Source: Minisyncoccota bacterium (GTDB taxonomy: Bacteria > Patescibacteriota > Minisyncoccia > Phycocordibacterales > UBA9973). Taken from it: a stretch of 64,000 nt of DNA. The position numbers and the translations under genes are program-made. Location: NCBI GenBank assembly GCA_041648595.1, contig JBAZOQ010000001.1, positions 82,242 through 146,241 of the forward strand. Direction: 5' to 3'. The notes under the pieces are model-generated. The model was not told the origin of the DNA. It was given only the letters and a program-made list of their open reading frames with translations, and did not search any database. Below, one piece after another: positions 40,358 to 49,819 of the stretch; position 1 is the first letter of the stretch, and each line of letters opens with the position of its first letter.

Positions 40358-40891
40358 TTATTCTTCTAAATTTTGTGCCATAGATTCAATGGAACTATTT
40401 ATTAATTCATAATCTGGTAATTCTTCTACAGATTTTACGCCCATAAATGAAAGAAGTTCAAATGTAGGTTTATAAATATAACGTCTACTATCTTCAGAAT
40501 CAATATTTTTTTCTATCAAACCCCTAATAGATAACGCCCTTAATGTAAAACTGGAATTTACTCCTCGTATGTAGTCAATAAGAGATCTGCCTACTCCTTT
40601 TTTGTAAAGAATAATTGATAATGTTTCTAAACTTGCTTTTGAAAGTTCTTTATTTAATTCCTCTTTTTGTAATCTCTCTATAATATCTGAAAGTTCTGGC
40701 GCTGTTCCTAAAGTTATCTCATTCTCTTTTTCTTGTAACACTATTCCTCTACTTTTTAAATTTTCTTTTAATTTCTCTAATGCTTCATTTATTTCAATCT
40801 GTTCCACACCCAAAAACTCTGCGAGCTTTTTTCGAGACATTGGTTCTCCTTTAAAGAAAAGTATTGCTTCTATTTTTTGTTCTAAATTCAT
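40358..40891 (-). CDS. scpB: SMC-Scp subunit ScpB
   Basis: IEAILF, LSKASLETL, IDYIRGVNS. Confidence 0.92.
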   Translation of the reverse strand: MNLEQKIEAILFFKGEPMSRKKLAEFLGVEQIEINEALEKLKENLKSRGIVLQEKENEITLGTAPELSDIIERLQKEELNKELSKASLETLSIILYKKGVGRSLIDYIRGVNSSFTLRALSIRGLIEKNIDSEDSRRYIYKPTFELLSFMGVKSVEELPDYELINSSIESMAQNLEE

Positions 40892-40899
40892 AATTTGTT

Positions 40900-40999
40900 T
40901 AGACTCCCTGAAATTAAAAAATTTTAAGAGTCGTGGGTTCCCTGTCCTTATGACTCCGAGGGCGAAGGCTCAGAAATTTTTTGAATTTCTGGGAGTCTA
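40900..40999 (-). repeat. Conserved-core hairpin element, copy 2 (supplies the scpA C-terminus and stop)
   Basis: Reverse complement of the shared core; outer arms tagactccc/gggagtcta. Confidence 0.85.
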
Positions 41000-41742
41000 T
41001 TAATTATAATATCTTCAAAATTATTATCTTGAACCACATGAAGCATTCCCTGCCTTACAAGTTCTAGCATAGCAAGAAAACCAATAATTACAACCACCTT
41101 CTCTTCTTTTGTCACTGCTTTTCCCGCAAAATCCTTAAAACTCATTTTTAATGCTCCTTCTATTCTTTTAGTCAATTTATCAATCATTTCTTCTATACTT
41201 ATCACTTTTTTCACTTCTACTTCTGGCAAAAATACTTTTTTAGGAATTCTATCTAAGGCACCATGTGCAAAAGTCATCATACTTTCTTTTGTGATTTGTT
41301 CATCAGGTAAAAATATTAATACCTCATTTTTTCTTTCAAGCGGTGCAAAAATTATTTTTTTACCAAACATTTCTTTTATATGTACTCCTAATTTAGTATA
41401 AAGTTCATATAATTTTAACCTATCTTCCAAACTATGTATGTCACTCTCTTCTTCAGAAGTTAAATTCAAATTAGGTAAAAGTGATTTTGATTTTATTAAA
41501 ATAAGTGTAGCTGCTACTACTATAAAATTTGATATTTCAAAAGTTCTTTTATCTTTTGATAAAGATTCATCTTCTTGTATTTTTTTAAAATAATTTAAAT
41601 AATCTTCAGTGACCTGTGCTAATGATAAATCATTAATAAAAAATTTCCTTTCTTCTATCAAAGAAAGCAATAAATGAAAAGGCCCTTCAAAGGCTTCTGT
41701 CTTTATTTGATATAAATCGTCTTTATCTGTTTCTGTTTCCAC
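40948..41742 (-). CDS. scpA: SMC-Scp subunit ScpA
   Basis: FEGPFHLLLSLI, IKSKSLLP, FLAMLEL. Confidence 0.92.
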   Translation of the reverse strand: METETDKDDLYQIKTEAFEGPFHLLLSLIEERKFFINDLSLAQVTEDYLNYFKKIQEDESLSKDKRTFEISNFIVVAATLILIKSKSLLPNLNLTSEEESDIHSLEDRLKLYELYTKLGVHIKEMFGKKIIFAPLERKNEVLIFLPDEQITKESMMTFAHGALDRIPKKVFLPEVEVKKVISIEEMIDKLTKRIEGALKMSFKDFAGKAVTKEEKVVVIIGFLAMLELVRQGMLHVVQDNNFEDIIINRLPEIQKISEPSPSES

Positions 41743-41766
41743 CTTTATATTATAACACGCTTTAAT

Positions 41767-42459
41767 CTATTTTAGTGTGATACTTTGCAAAATGATAGGT
41801 TCAATAGGTCTGTCGGAACTATCTGTTTTTACAGAATTTATTTTTTCTGCAACATCAAGTCCAACTGTAATTTTTGCAAAGACAGTATGTTTTGTATCTA
41901 AAAAATTATTTGTAGCTGCATTAATAAAAAATTGGCTACCATTTGTATTTGGTCCAGAATTTGCCATTGCTATAGTGCCTATATCATTCTTGTTACTAGA
42001 AGTTAATTCATCATCAAACTTATATTCTGGTCCTCCTGTACCCCAAAGATTTTCTTTTGTATCATCTTTTGAAAGTGGATCACCACCTTGACTCATAAAA
42101 CCTTTTATAATTCGATGAAATTTTGTACCATCATAAAAACCACTTTCTGCAAGTTTAATAAAATTTTCTACAGTCTTGGGTGTGTTTGGATTAAATTCTA
42201 TTGTAATATCTCCTTTGTTTGTTTTTAATGTAACTGTCATAATCTTTTTATTTTCTTCCTTATTTATAATATTTTGATCTTGTCCATTAGTAATAGGTTC
42301 TTGTGTTGCAGTTTCTGGTGTATTTACGGCAGATTCAACTGGTAAACTAGCTTCTTTTGTGTCAGAAACTTTTAATACATCACCTATATTTGAAACAGAC
42401 AACCAATATCCCAAACCAAGTACTACTAGTAGTAAAAACACAATTCCATATTTATTCAT
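41767..42459 (-). CDS. Cyclophilin-type peptidyl-prolyl isomerase
   Basis: FHRIIKGFMSQGGD, AMANSGPNTNGSQFFI. Confidence 0.93.
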   Translation of the reverse strand: MNKYGIVFLLLVVLGLGYWLSVSNIGDVLKVSDTKEASLPVESAVNTPETATQEPITNGQDQNIINKEENKKIMTVTLKTNKGDITIEFNPNTPKTVENFIKLAESGFYDGTKFHRIIKGFMSQGGDPLSKDDTKENLWGTGGPEYKFDDELTSSNKNDIGTIAMANSGPNTNGSQFFINAATNNFLDTKHTVFAKITVGLDVAEKINSVKTDSSDRPIEPIILQSITLK

Positions 42460-42484
42460 ACTTATATATTTATATTTTAAAATT

Positions 42485-42514
42485 TCAGCCTGAGGCTGAT
42501 CCGCCTTTGGCGGA
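42485..42514. repeat. Intergenic copy of the priA 2330 palindrome family
   Basis: tcagcctgaggctgatccgcctttggcgga. Confidence 0.8.
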
Positions 42515-42568
42515 AAATTTATAATATTTTGATTATATCATAAACATCATAATTGATTAAATTTACTA

Positions 42569-43201
42569 CTAATTTTTAATTTCTTTAAAGAATTTATTCC
42601 ATCGCAATCTTTCATCTGCCTCTGTTAATTGTTGCACGGTAGTACTAACAATTATAAATATAATCAATAATAAAACAGAACTTATCTCAAAACCGACAGA
42701 ACCTGAAAAAAGAATAAAAAACATCATAATCCACAATGGTAAGTATCTGAAAAAACCAGTATTTCCACCCATATCATCTTTTTCTTCATATTCATAAAGT
42801 TCTTCACGTTGTTTATAGAATATAATTTCTTTATATATAGATAATCCTATAAATAACAAAAACAGCAAAACACCTTGATTAAATTGATTTTCAAAAAAAA
42901 TAAAAAGATATTTTCTTAATACAAATGCATGAATTCCTAAAAAAATGATAGTCCAAATATTAAATAAAAATATAACAAAAAATGAATATTTAAATTTTAT
43001 CATAAATATATTTGTAATAGAGAAAAATAACAATAGCTGTATAAAAAAAACAGAAATTGCGGCAGGAAAAGTCCAATATTCCAATATACCGAAGATTAAA
43101 GATGAAAAAAAATAAAAAATATCAACATAAATTGTTTTACTATTTGGTATTTCTTTAACTAAAGGTAATAGAAAAATTTTTATTTTTTCGGACATATCCA
43201 T
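42569..43201 (-). CDS. Orphan multi-TM membrane protein
   Basis: 210-aa hydrophobic ORF between 24-bp direct repeats (42520-42543, 43219-43242). Confidence 0.6.
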   Translation of the reverse strand: MDMSEKIKIFLLPLVKEIPNSKTIYVDIFYFFSSLIFGILEYWTFPAAISVFFIQLLLFFSITNIFMIKFKYSFFVIFLFNIWTIIFLGIHAFVLRKYLFIFFENQFNQGVLLFLLFIGLSIYKEIIFYKQREELYEYEEKDDMGGNTGFFRYLPLWIMMFFILFSGSVGFEISSVLLLIIFIIVSTTVQQLTEADERLRWNKFFKEIKN

Positions 43202-43243
43202 ATATTTATATTAATTTCTATAATATTTTGATTATATCATAAT

Positions 43244-43618
43244 TTAAAACCAGACCCCTATCGTAACTTTAATATTTAAATTATCATAAAGATTCTCTTC
43301 AAAACGAATTTGTTTTTTAAGAGGCAAAATATATGTCGGAGAATACCTATCTGGAAAAATGGAAGTCACCCATTCACTTTTCTTTACCTTAGCTTTAACA
43401 TAAATAGCACCCCAACCACGTCGAAGCTTCCCTTTTTGCATTTCTTTAATTTCAGCAGATATTTTTTCTGATACCCTAGCAAACCGCCAAGCACTATCAA
43501 CATTTTCTCTATCAGTTCCATATGCCCAGACAATCACTTTACTTTTAAATTTAAAAGTTCTTCGTATTTTTCCAACCTTAATTTCTTTTTTTATTTTAAT
43601 TTTTAAATTCTTTGACAT
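43244..43618 (-). CDS. DUF1905-like protein
   Basis: WRF...RRGWGAIYVKAKV...WVTSIFP...YILPLKKQIR. Confidence 0.7.
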   Translation of the reverse strand: MSKNLKIKIKKEIKVGKIRRTFKFKSKVIVWAYGTDRENVDSAWRFARVSEKISAEIKEMQKGKLRRGWGAIYVKAKVKKSEWVTSIFPDRYSPTYILPLKKQIRFEENLYDNLNIKVTIGVWF

Positions 43619-43700
43619 CTACTTATTAAATTGACTAACCCAAAATATTTTTTTATCTTTTAACCACTTTAATATTAGTTTTCCATATTTTTATAATATC

Positions 43701-43736
43701 TAACATCCTTACAAACTCCAGTTTGTAAGGATGTTA
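43701..43736. promoter_or_regulatory. Palindrome immediately after the wHTH gene stop
   Basis: taacatccttacaaact-cc-agtttgtaaggatgtta. Confidence 0.7.
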
Positions 43737-44021
43737 TTATGTTTGTTTAAATAATTTTAAAAAATTAACAAAGATTTTACCATATGGAGATAAAGTATGT
43801 TCAACAAATTTACCTTTATATTTTTTATTAATCAATCCTGCTTGGTGAAGTCTTCGAGTATGCTCTCCTATTGTTTTCGGATTTGCATCAAGCGTTTCAA
43901 TAATACCATCAAGAGTTATTCCATCTTCCTTGGCTACAAGAAGTAATATTTCAATGCGATGATGGTTTGCCATACCTTTGAGATGTCGCTCCATTTGTTT
44001 AGCTGTTTTTATTTTACCCAT
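43737..44021 (-). CDS. ArsR-like winged HTH regulator
   Basis: KGMANHHRIEILLLV...TIGEHTRRLHQAGLI; start MGKIK after TATAAT. Confidence 0.8.
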   Translation of the reverse strand: MGKIKTAKQMERHLKGMANHHRIEILLLVAKEDGITLDGIIETLDANPKTIGEHTRRLHQAGLINKKYKGKFVEHTLSPYGKIFVNFLKLFKQT

Positions 44022-44036
44022 ATTTATATTATACAC

Positions 44037-44070
44037 AATACCCCTACAAACTCCAGTTTGTAGGGGTATT
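44037..44070. promoter_or_regulatory. Palindrome over the wHTH promoter (putative operator)
   Basis: aatacccctacaaact-cc-agtttgtaggggtatt; same core as 43701-43736. Confidence 0.7.
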
Positions 44071-44122
44071 ATTTAAATTAGAAGCAAAAATTATTTCTTT
44101 GCTTTTTTGGTTTAACTTAAAA

Positions 44123-44380
44123 TTATGAAAGATGCTTGGAAACAAGCTTGGTCATTTCAAACATATTGACTACACTTTTGCCACCAAACACTTTCTTGAG
44201 TGCAGCATCAGCTACGATATTACGCTTGTTCTTTGGGTCTTGAAGATTATTCTTCTTGATATATACCCACAATACCTTTACCACCTCAGACCTAGGCATA
44301 GGACCCTTGCCTACTACTTCTGCCAATTCTGTACTTATCTTCATTGGCTTCATAAATGCGGAAACTTTTTTTTCTGCCAT
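44123..44380 (-). CDS. Stand-alone SWIB/MDM2 domain protein
   Basis: FMKPMKISTELAEVVG..MPRSEVVKVLWVYIKKNNLQDPKNKR. Confidence 0.9.
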   Translation of the reverse strand: MAEKKVSAFMKPMKISTELAEVVGKGPMPRSEVVKVLWVYIKKNNLQDPKNKRNIVADAALKKVFGGKSVVNMFEMTKLVSKHLS

Positions 44381-44480
44381 ATAATTTCTTGTTGTTAATC
44401 CCGGCACCTTAATTTTCATTTTGGGTCGAGACTCCGACTTTACGTCGGGGTTAATAATATCTATATATTATAGCATAATT

Positions 44481-44651
44481 TTACTTCTTATGCCCTTTAG
44501 AATAACCTGCTACATTTAAAGCAATGGCTATTATTTGTTTATGACTTCTAATCTTACCATTCGCCCCACGAGCCTTTCCTGTCTTTTTATTATCAGCCTC
44601 TAATTCTTTTATATTTTCACCTATATTCTTTTTTCCTTTCAATAATGGCAT
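44481..44651 (-). CDS. Small basic protein, 56 aa (not in ORF track)
   Basis: MPLLKGKKNIGENIKEL...KQIIAIALNVAGYSKGHKK. Confidence 0.55.
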   Translation of the reverse strand: MPLLKGKKNIGENIKELEADNKKTGKARGANGKIRSHKQIIAIALNVAGYSKGHKK

Positions 44652-44727
44652 ATATTTAATTTTTTATTAATAGCACAATGATGGTTTTTAGGTAAAGATA
44701 ATTATAAAATATACATATTTCAATAAT

Positions 44728-45503
44728 TTAGTTTTGTGTTATTTCTTTAAAAAACTCTTCCCCATACAAATTTTTTATTTCAGTATTTATTTTATCTATT
44801 AAACTTAAAAATAATTTTTCAAAAACTTCTCTTGCTTTTTTATAATCTTCTTCATTGAGTTTTATTTTTGTCCCTATTGGATGGTTTTTTGCAAATTTAG
44901 TATTTCTCATTTGTTTTAAATATCTTTCATCAATCTTTGAAAAAGAATGAACAATAACATGTCTTAGTGCCTGATATTTTATTATATTATCTTTTATTTC
45001 ATCATCAATTTTTAAATTTATTTTTAAATATTCTTCAAAAAACGAAGTGTGCTTTGTAAATCTTGAAAATTAAATTCTACACCTAATGATTTCGTTATTA
45101 CTTCTCCTAGCGTTGAAAATTTATAATTTAATACACTAACTTCAAAAACAATTTTTTTATCCTCTTTTGGCCACTGAATAATATCATGATATTCGTTTAC
45201 TATTGTGATTACTAAATCAGTTAGTGATGATTCTAAATTTGAAACTAGAAGAACATTAGCTTGATTGTAAATAACTTCATATTTATCTTTTAAACTTGGA
45301 TGATTTTTTATTTTTTCAATTTCACCAATAACTCTTTCAAGCTTTTCTTTGTAAAGAATAAAACCAGGAATTTTTTCATTCTCTTTTTCTAGTGATTTCA
45401 AAAGAACAAGTAATATTTTACTCACATCTGATCCTATTCGAGTGATTTGATCAATGGACTCTATATTTTTTCTATATTTCTCTAAAATTAATCCTGGCGA
45501 CAT
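44728..45503 (-). pseudogene. HEPN-domain gene split by a frameshift
   Basis: Frameshift in a T6 run near 45037-45042; second frame carries RHVIVH (RxxxxH). Confidence 0.65.
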
Positions 45504-45520
45504 TTTTTTATAAAATTATT

Positions 45521-47578
45521 TTAATAATTGATATTTAAATAATTTCGGCTGGATTTCTGTTCGGCAGTTGTAAAATAAATATCTCGCTCATACCAATTTT
45601 TTTGCGGATAAAGTTTTGCGGCAAAAAGAGGGAGTTTTTCGATAAAATTATCAGAACGAAGATAAAAACCACGAATATTGTATCTTGTAGCTCGCAATAG
45701 ATGTATGTCATGTTGTGTGATGGCAAAACCTTTTGGTACTAAATATCCAATAATATTTTTATTATAAAAAGATTTACCATCAACTTTCCTACCAGTTATT
45801 TGAGATCCGTCATCTTCACAATATATATTTGTAATAATGTCATCTTTAAATGTTCGACGATCATAATATGACTCAAGTGTACTATGAGCTTTTTTTATTG
45901 TGATTTTTTCAAGCGAAACAATTTTTTCTTCTTGCTCTTGCATATTTTGAGTATAAATATCAAATGCTTTTAAGGTTAATTCTTCAACACTTTGATTTTC
46001 ATTTTGCCAAGCAATACAACTAATTGAGCTTTCACTGGCATGAAAATATTTACGATTAAAAAGATATCCATCTATAAACTTTCTATTACCAAGACCAAGT
46101 GATTTCCAGTACTTAATCGGCGAAAATAGCACATAACAATCATTCGGTTTTGTTAAATAATATTTCCATCCACTCCAATTAAATTGATTCGAAATGTCAC
46201 GAGCAGTTGATACATTAGAGTTTGCCAGATTTTTTAAATCAAGTTTCATATTCTCAAACACAAAAGTCCCTTTGCTGGTTTTATTTGTTAAATTATCAGT
46301 ATTCGCAGCACTACTGTCTCTATAAGGTGGATTCTCAAATAAAATGATATTGGTCTTTTTATCTTTTACAAAATTATTTAGCTCGGTGATAGATTTGATA
46401 TACTCCTTACTTATTTTAATTTTTGTTTTTCCGAGTATAAATTGTTCACTCAAAGCATCGCCACCATTTACAAGAGGCTCACGCCCGGTAACCTCCACCG
46501 GTGGTGGAATAATCTTTTTTACCTTAAGACCAAACCGTCCATTCAAAACAATCCATTCTTTTAATTCATAAGTGTTAACGATGGCATGCGATAATTCATT
46601 ATTAAAAATATAATCATGAATATTTATTTTTGTTTTATATTTTTCTAGTTTGCCAATAGTTATTTGATTAAAATCACTAAATTTAATAAGGGAAAGAACA
46701 TTTGCTTTATCTTTTAAATATTTATCAACAAATTCATCTGAAAGATATTTTCGCAATTCGCTGATAGTAATGTCATTTACTAGTTTATCAGTTAAAAATT
46801 CCAAAAGATTGCCGGTGCCGGCGCAACGATCAAGAATAATATAATCATTGCCTTTGGGAATCTAAGCAATAGCTTTGCGAACAAGTTCAGTGGCTTTCTT
46901 GCAATAAGCAGGCGGTGTATAAAAAGCGCCTAGCTCCTTGCGATGCATACGATCGTTTAGAAGATCCATTATGTATTTGAAATCTTTTTCCTTGCCTTTC
47001 CATAGCTGAATAAATTTTTTAAAATGTTTTGGCTCTCGAAATTCTTCAAAAAGTTTGATTTTTGTTGCTCTGGGATTTTCATCATAAAAACGATTGGACC
47101 ATCCAACAACGTCATATATGTCAATTGTTACTTTAGTAAAATTGTTTGTTTGAAGCAACTCAGTGATACATTGAATGCCGACAGGTTTATCATATTTAAT
47201 AACTTCTGGTTTTAATGTTGTACTAAACTCATCATTACTCTTGCTGGCAGCACCGATAAAAGGCGGACAGTTTATATAATCACGGGCAAAATCTTGAGAA
47301 TTAAACAGATAGGCAATTTCTTGATTTAGATCCACTAATAAGATGTTTGCTGGAATGCTAATACCCTTGACGCGTATATGGTTAAGATATTTTAGTGTTT
47401 GAAAAAGTACAGCATTGATATTATTGATATTAGGCTTAAATTCAAATATATTTCCGTTATAGATACCGTCGGTGTTATTACTGAGTTCGGTATCCGTAAT
47501 TCCAAATTTTTTAAAAAATTCAAATTGGCCCTCGCGCTCAGATTGAAAGTTATTCCCAGATTTGAATGTTTTTTTCAT
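45521..47578 (-). pseudogene. N6-adenine methyltransferase/restriction fusion interrupted by TAG at 46862-46864
   Basis: GAFYTP, in-frame stop, then ILDRCAGTGNL (motif I) and ENPPY (motif IV); N-terminal TDG..IFEFK nuclease-like motif. Confidence 0.75.
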
Positions 47579-47628
47579 AATTTTATTTCTCCAACTTTTT
47601 ATATAAAGTTTAGTTTTATTATTAAAAT

Positions 47629-48390
47629 TTACAATCCACTTAATTGACTGTTTAATTCACGTTCAAGTGTTAATCCAAAATCTTTGATAATCCCCTGTTG
47701 GTCAATTGGCAAAAAAGTTCCAAGTTCATTTTTAAAATTTATTTGTTTTGCCTCGGCAATAATAAAATCTTTCTTCATAGCGAGTTTTTTCTTTTGTTCA
47801 GAAGAAAGTCTCCCTTGGCGCATTATAATATAAAGATCATAAAAATCACGTGGTTTTTTTCGTTCAATTAATGCACCAAAAATTTTTTCATCAATCAACT
47901 CATTTTGTGGTAAATGATTAATTGTATAAGTAGGCACAAAATTATTTGAAATACTATCTAGTTCACCTTTTATAATTACATCACTTCGTGTTGAAATATT
48001 TATCTCTACACCAATCGGTTGATAATCAAACATTTGAAATGTAGCAATTCCTAAATACCCACCACTTGTTGTTCCAAATCGGTCACCAAGCTTGACTTTT
48101 ATTCCCATTTTTTCTATTTCAGAAAGTGTTTTTAAAAATAATTCTTCAATAAATAGTTTTACTTCATGTGGAGCAACACCAAAAAGAGAAAAATCTAAAT
48201 CTTCAGAAAATCGTGGACTACCATAAACAATACGAAGTGCCGTTCCACCTTTAAAAAGAAGTTTCTCAGAATCTGGCAATTTATACAATTCTCCTAAAAA
48301 AATATGTTGAAAATATTCTCGAATTACGTTCGGAAATATTCCCATTTGATACTGCCTACTTAATTTTTCCAGTGTTTCTATAGATATCAT
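47629..48390 (-). CDS. AbiEii nucleotidyltransferase toxin (type IV TA)
   Basis: FKGGTALR..RFSEDLDF, EK..AL, RDFYDL. Confidence 0.9.
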   Translation of the reverse strand: MISIETLEKLSRQYQMGIFPNVIREYFQHIFLGELYKLPDSEKLLFKGGTALRIVYGSPRFSEDLDFSLFGVAPHEVKLFIEELFLKTLSEIEKMGIKVKLGDRFGTTSGGYLGIATFQMFDYQPIGVEINISTRSDVIIKGELDSISNNFVPTYTINHLPQNELIDEKIFGALIERKKPRDFYDLYIIMRQGRLSSEQKKKLAMKKDFIIAEAKQINFKNELGTFLPIDQQGIIKDFGLTLERELNSQLSGL

Positions 48391-48986
48391 TGTAATGTTG
48401 TCTTTATTATACCTGAAAGTTTTTTATTACCAAACAACGAAGCATATTTCTTTGCTCTTGTGGAATTAATTTTTTCTTTATTAAAACGAGAAATCGGTTT
48501 TTGTCCACTCATTAATCGCAAATAATTTGCGTCTACAAAAGCTTTTTCAGCATCTGCAATGTTAAAACCTAGACCTTTCTGTTTTTGAATTTCGTAACCA
48601 GTGTATGCAACTTTTTTTATTTTTCGATAAGAAAAAATTTTTCCTAATGCTTCAAACCTACGTGTAGCTTTAGTAGTTACTGAAGTAATTTCATAAACTG
48701 TCTCCGGAATAACTCCATAATATGAAAGTGCAAATTCAAGTGAAATATAAGATGGAGTATAAAGTTTACTAGCAACATAAACATCAGGTGGTAAGGTATC
48801 TGGAAAAACATAGAATCCTTTCTTAAGTTGTATTATAAATCCTTGTTTTTTATACCTGTGAAGTAGTGCAGATGCAGCAACAGCAGAAACTCCAAACAAA
48901 GAGCGAATATCACTTGCATTAAATATATATAACTTTTTACCCTTTATTTTTGAGGCAAAAAGTGTCTGATTCACCAATTTGACCAT
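48387..48986 (-). CDS. AbiEi-type antitoxin
   Basis: LKKGFY, SYISLEFALSYYGVIPE, AEKAFVD; 4-bp overlap with the toxin gene. Confidence 0.85.
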   Translation of the reverse strand: MVKLVNQTLFASKIKGKKLYIFNASDIRSLFGVSAVAASALLHRYKKQGFIIQLKKGFYVFPDTLPPDVYVASKLYTPSYISLEFALSYYGVIPETVYEITSVTTKATRRFEALGKIFSYRKIKKVAYTGYEIQKQKGLGFNIADAEKAFVDANYLRLMSGQKPISRFNKEKINSTRAKKYASLFGNKKLSGIIKTTLQ

Positions 48987-49057
48987 ATTGTCAATTTACC
49001 AAAACGTTATAAAATTGTCAATAATCGACTGTGTATAAACCTATTTCATCCATTTTT

Positions 49058-49324
49058 TTAACCCTTCATGTGTATATAAATTTCACGTAAAGGCTCATTA
49101 TCTTTTTTAATACGGTAAATATCTACTATCTCACCATCTAAATCAAAATCTTTTTTTTCTAATTCTTTACTAAAAGTAGGATCAGACTCAAGTTTAGATT
49201 CAGCGGTTGTACCACATGAAAAAACATCAAAAGGTTCAATTTTTTCTTTTAATCCCGATTCTTTTATCTTTTTTTCTAAAGATTTTTTAGGATCAAAAGT
49301 ATTTTCTATCATTCCAGTTTTCAT
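49058..49324 (-). CDS. Hypothetical protein, paralogue of 49336-49626
   Basis: IEPFD...LDGEIVDIYRIK...IYIHMK. Confidence 0.6.
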   Translation of the reverse strand: MKTGMIENTFDPKKSLEKKIKESGLKEKIEPFDVFSCGTTAESKLESDPTFSKELEKKDFDLDGEIVDIYRIKKDNEPLREIYIHMKG

Positions 49325-49335
49325 AAATTTATTTT

Positions 49336-49626
49336 TTATTCTTTTATGTGTAAATATAATTTATATTTATTGTCTCCGTCTGTGCACTCAATTTTAATGC
49401 GATATATATCTACATTTTTACCATCTAGAATAACATTTTCAGCAATAGGTTTTTCATTTATTGGTAGCTTTTTTTCTATCATAATATACTCATATGGCTC
49501 AATATTTTCAATCCTACCTTCATCTATTGCTTTTTGTATTTCTTTTTTATAAAACTGCGTACCCTTATATTCTTGCTCTATTTTTACTTTACTACTATTC
49601 ACCTTGTCTATTTTACTTTGTTCCAT
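49336..49626 (-). CDS. Hypothetical protein, paralogue of 49058-49324
   Basis: IEPYE...LDGKNVDIYRIK...LYLHIK. Confidence 0.6.
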   Translation of the reverse strand: MEQSKIDKVNSSKVKIEQEYKGTQFYKKEIQKAIDEGRIENIEPYEYIMIEKKLPINEKPIAENVILDGKNVDIYRIKIECTDGDNKYKLYLHIKE

Positions 49627-49714
49627 AATGTTTTTTATTTAACCCACATTTTAGTGGGTATGTTAATAATCTATAGGTTTATTATACCACTCAAATCAAA
49701 AACTAAGAAATGCA

Positions 49715-49819
49715 AGAGCAAAAACAAGAAATCAAAAATTTCTGAGCCTTCGCCCTCGGAGTCCGTGAGGACAGGGAACCAACACGACTCTTAAAATTTT
49801 TATTTCTTGTTTTTGCTCT
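49715..49819 (+). repeat. Conserved-core hairpin element, copy 3
   Basis: Outer arms agagcaaaaacaagaaat/atttcttgtttttgctct around the shared core. Confidence 0.85.

Noticed and set aside
49534-49794. ORF ending KISEPSPSES, matching the ScpA C-terminus
   Set aside because: The similarity comes from the shared DNA repeat, not from protein homology.
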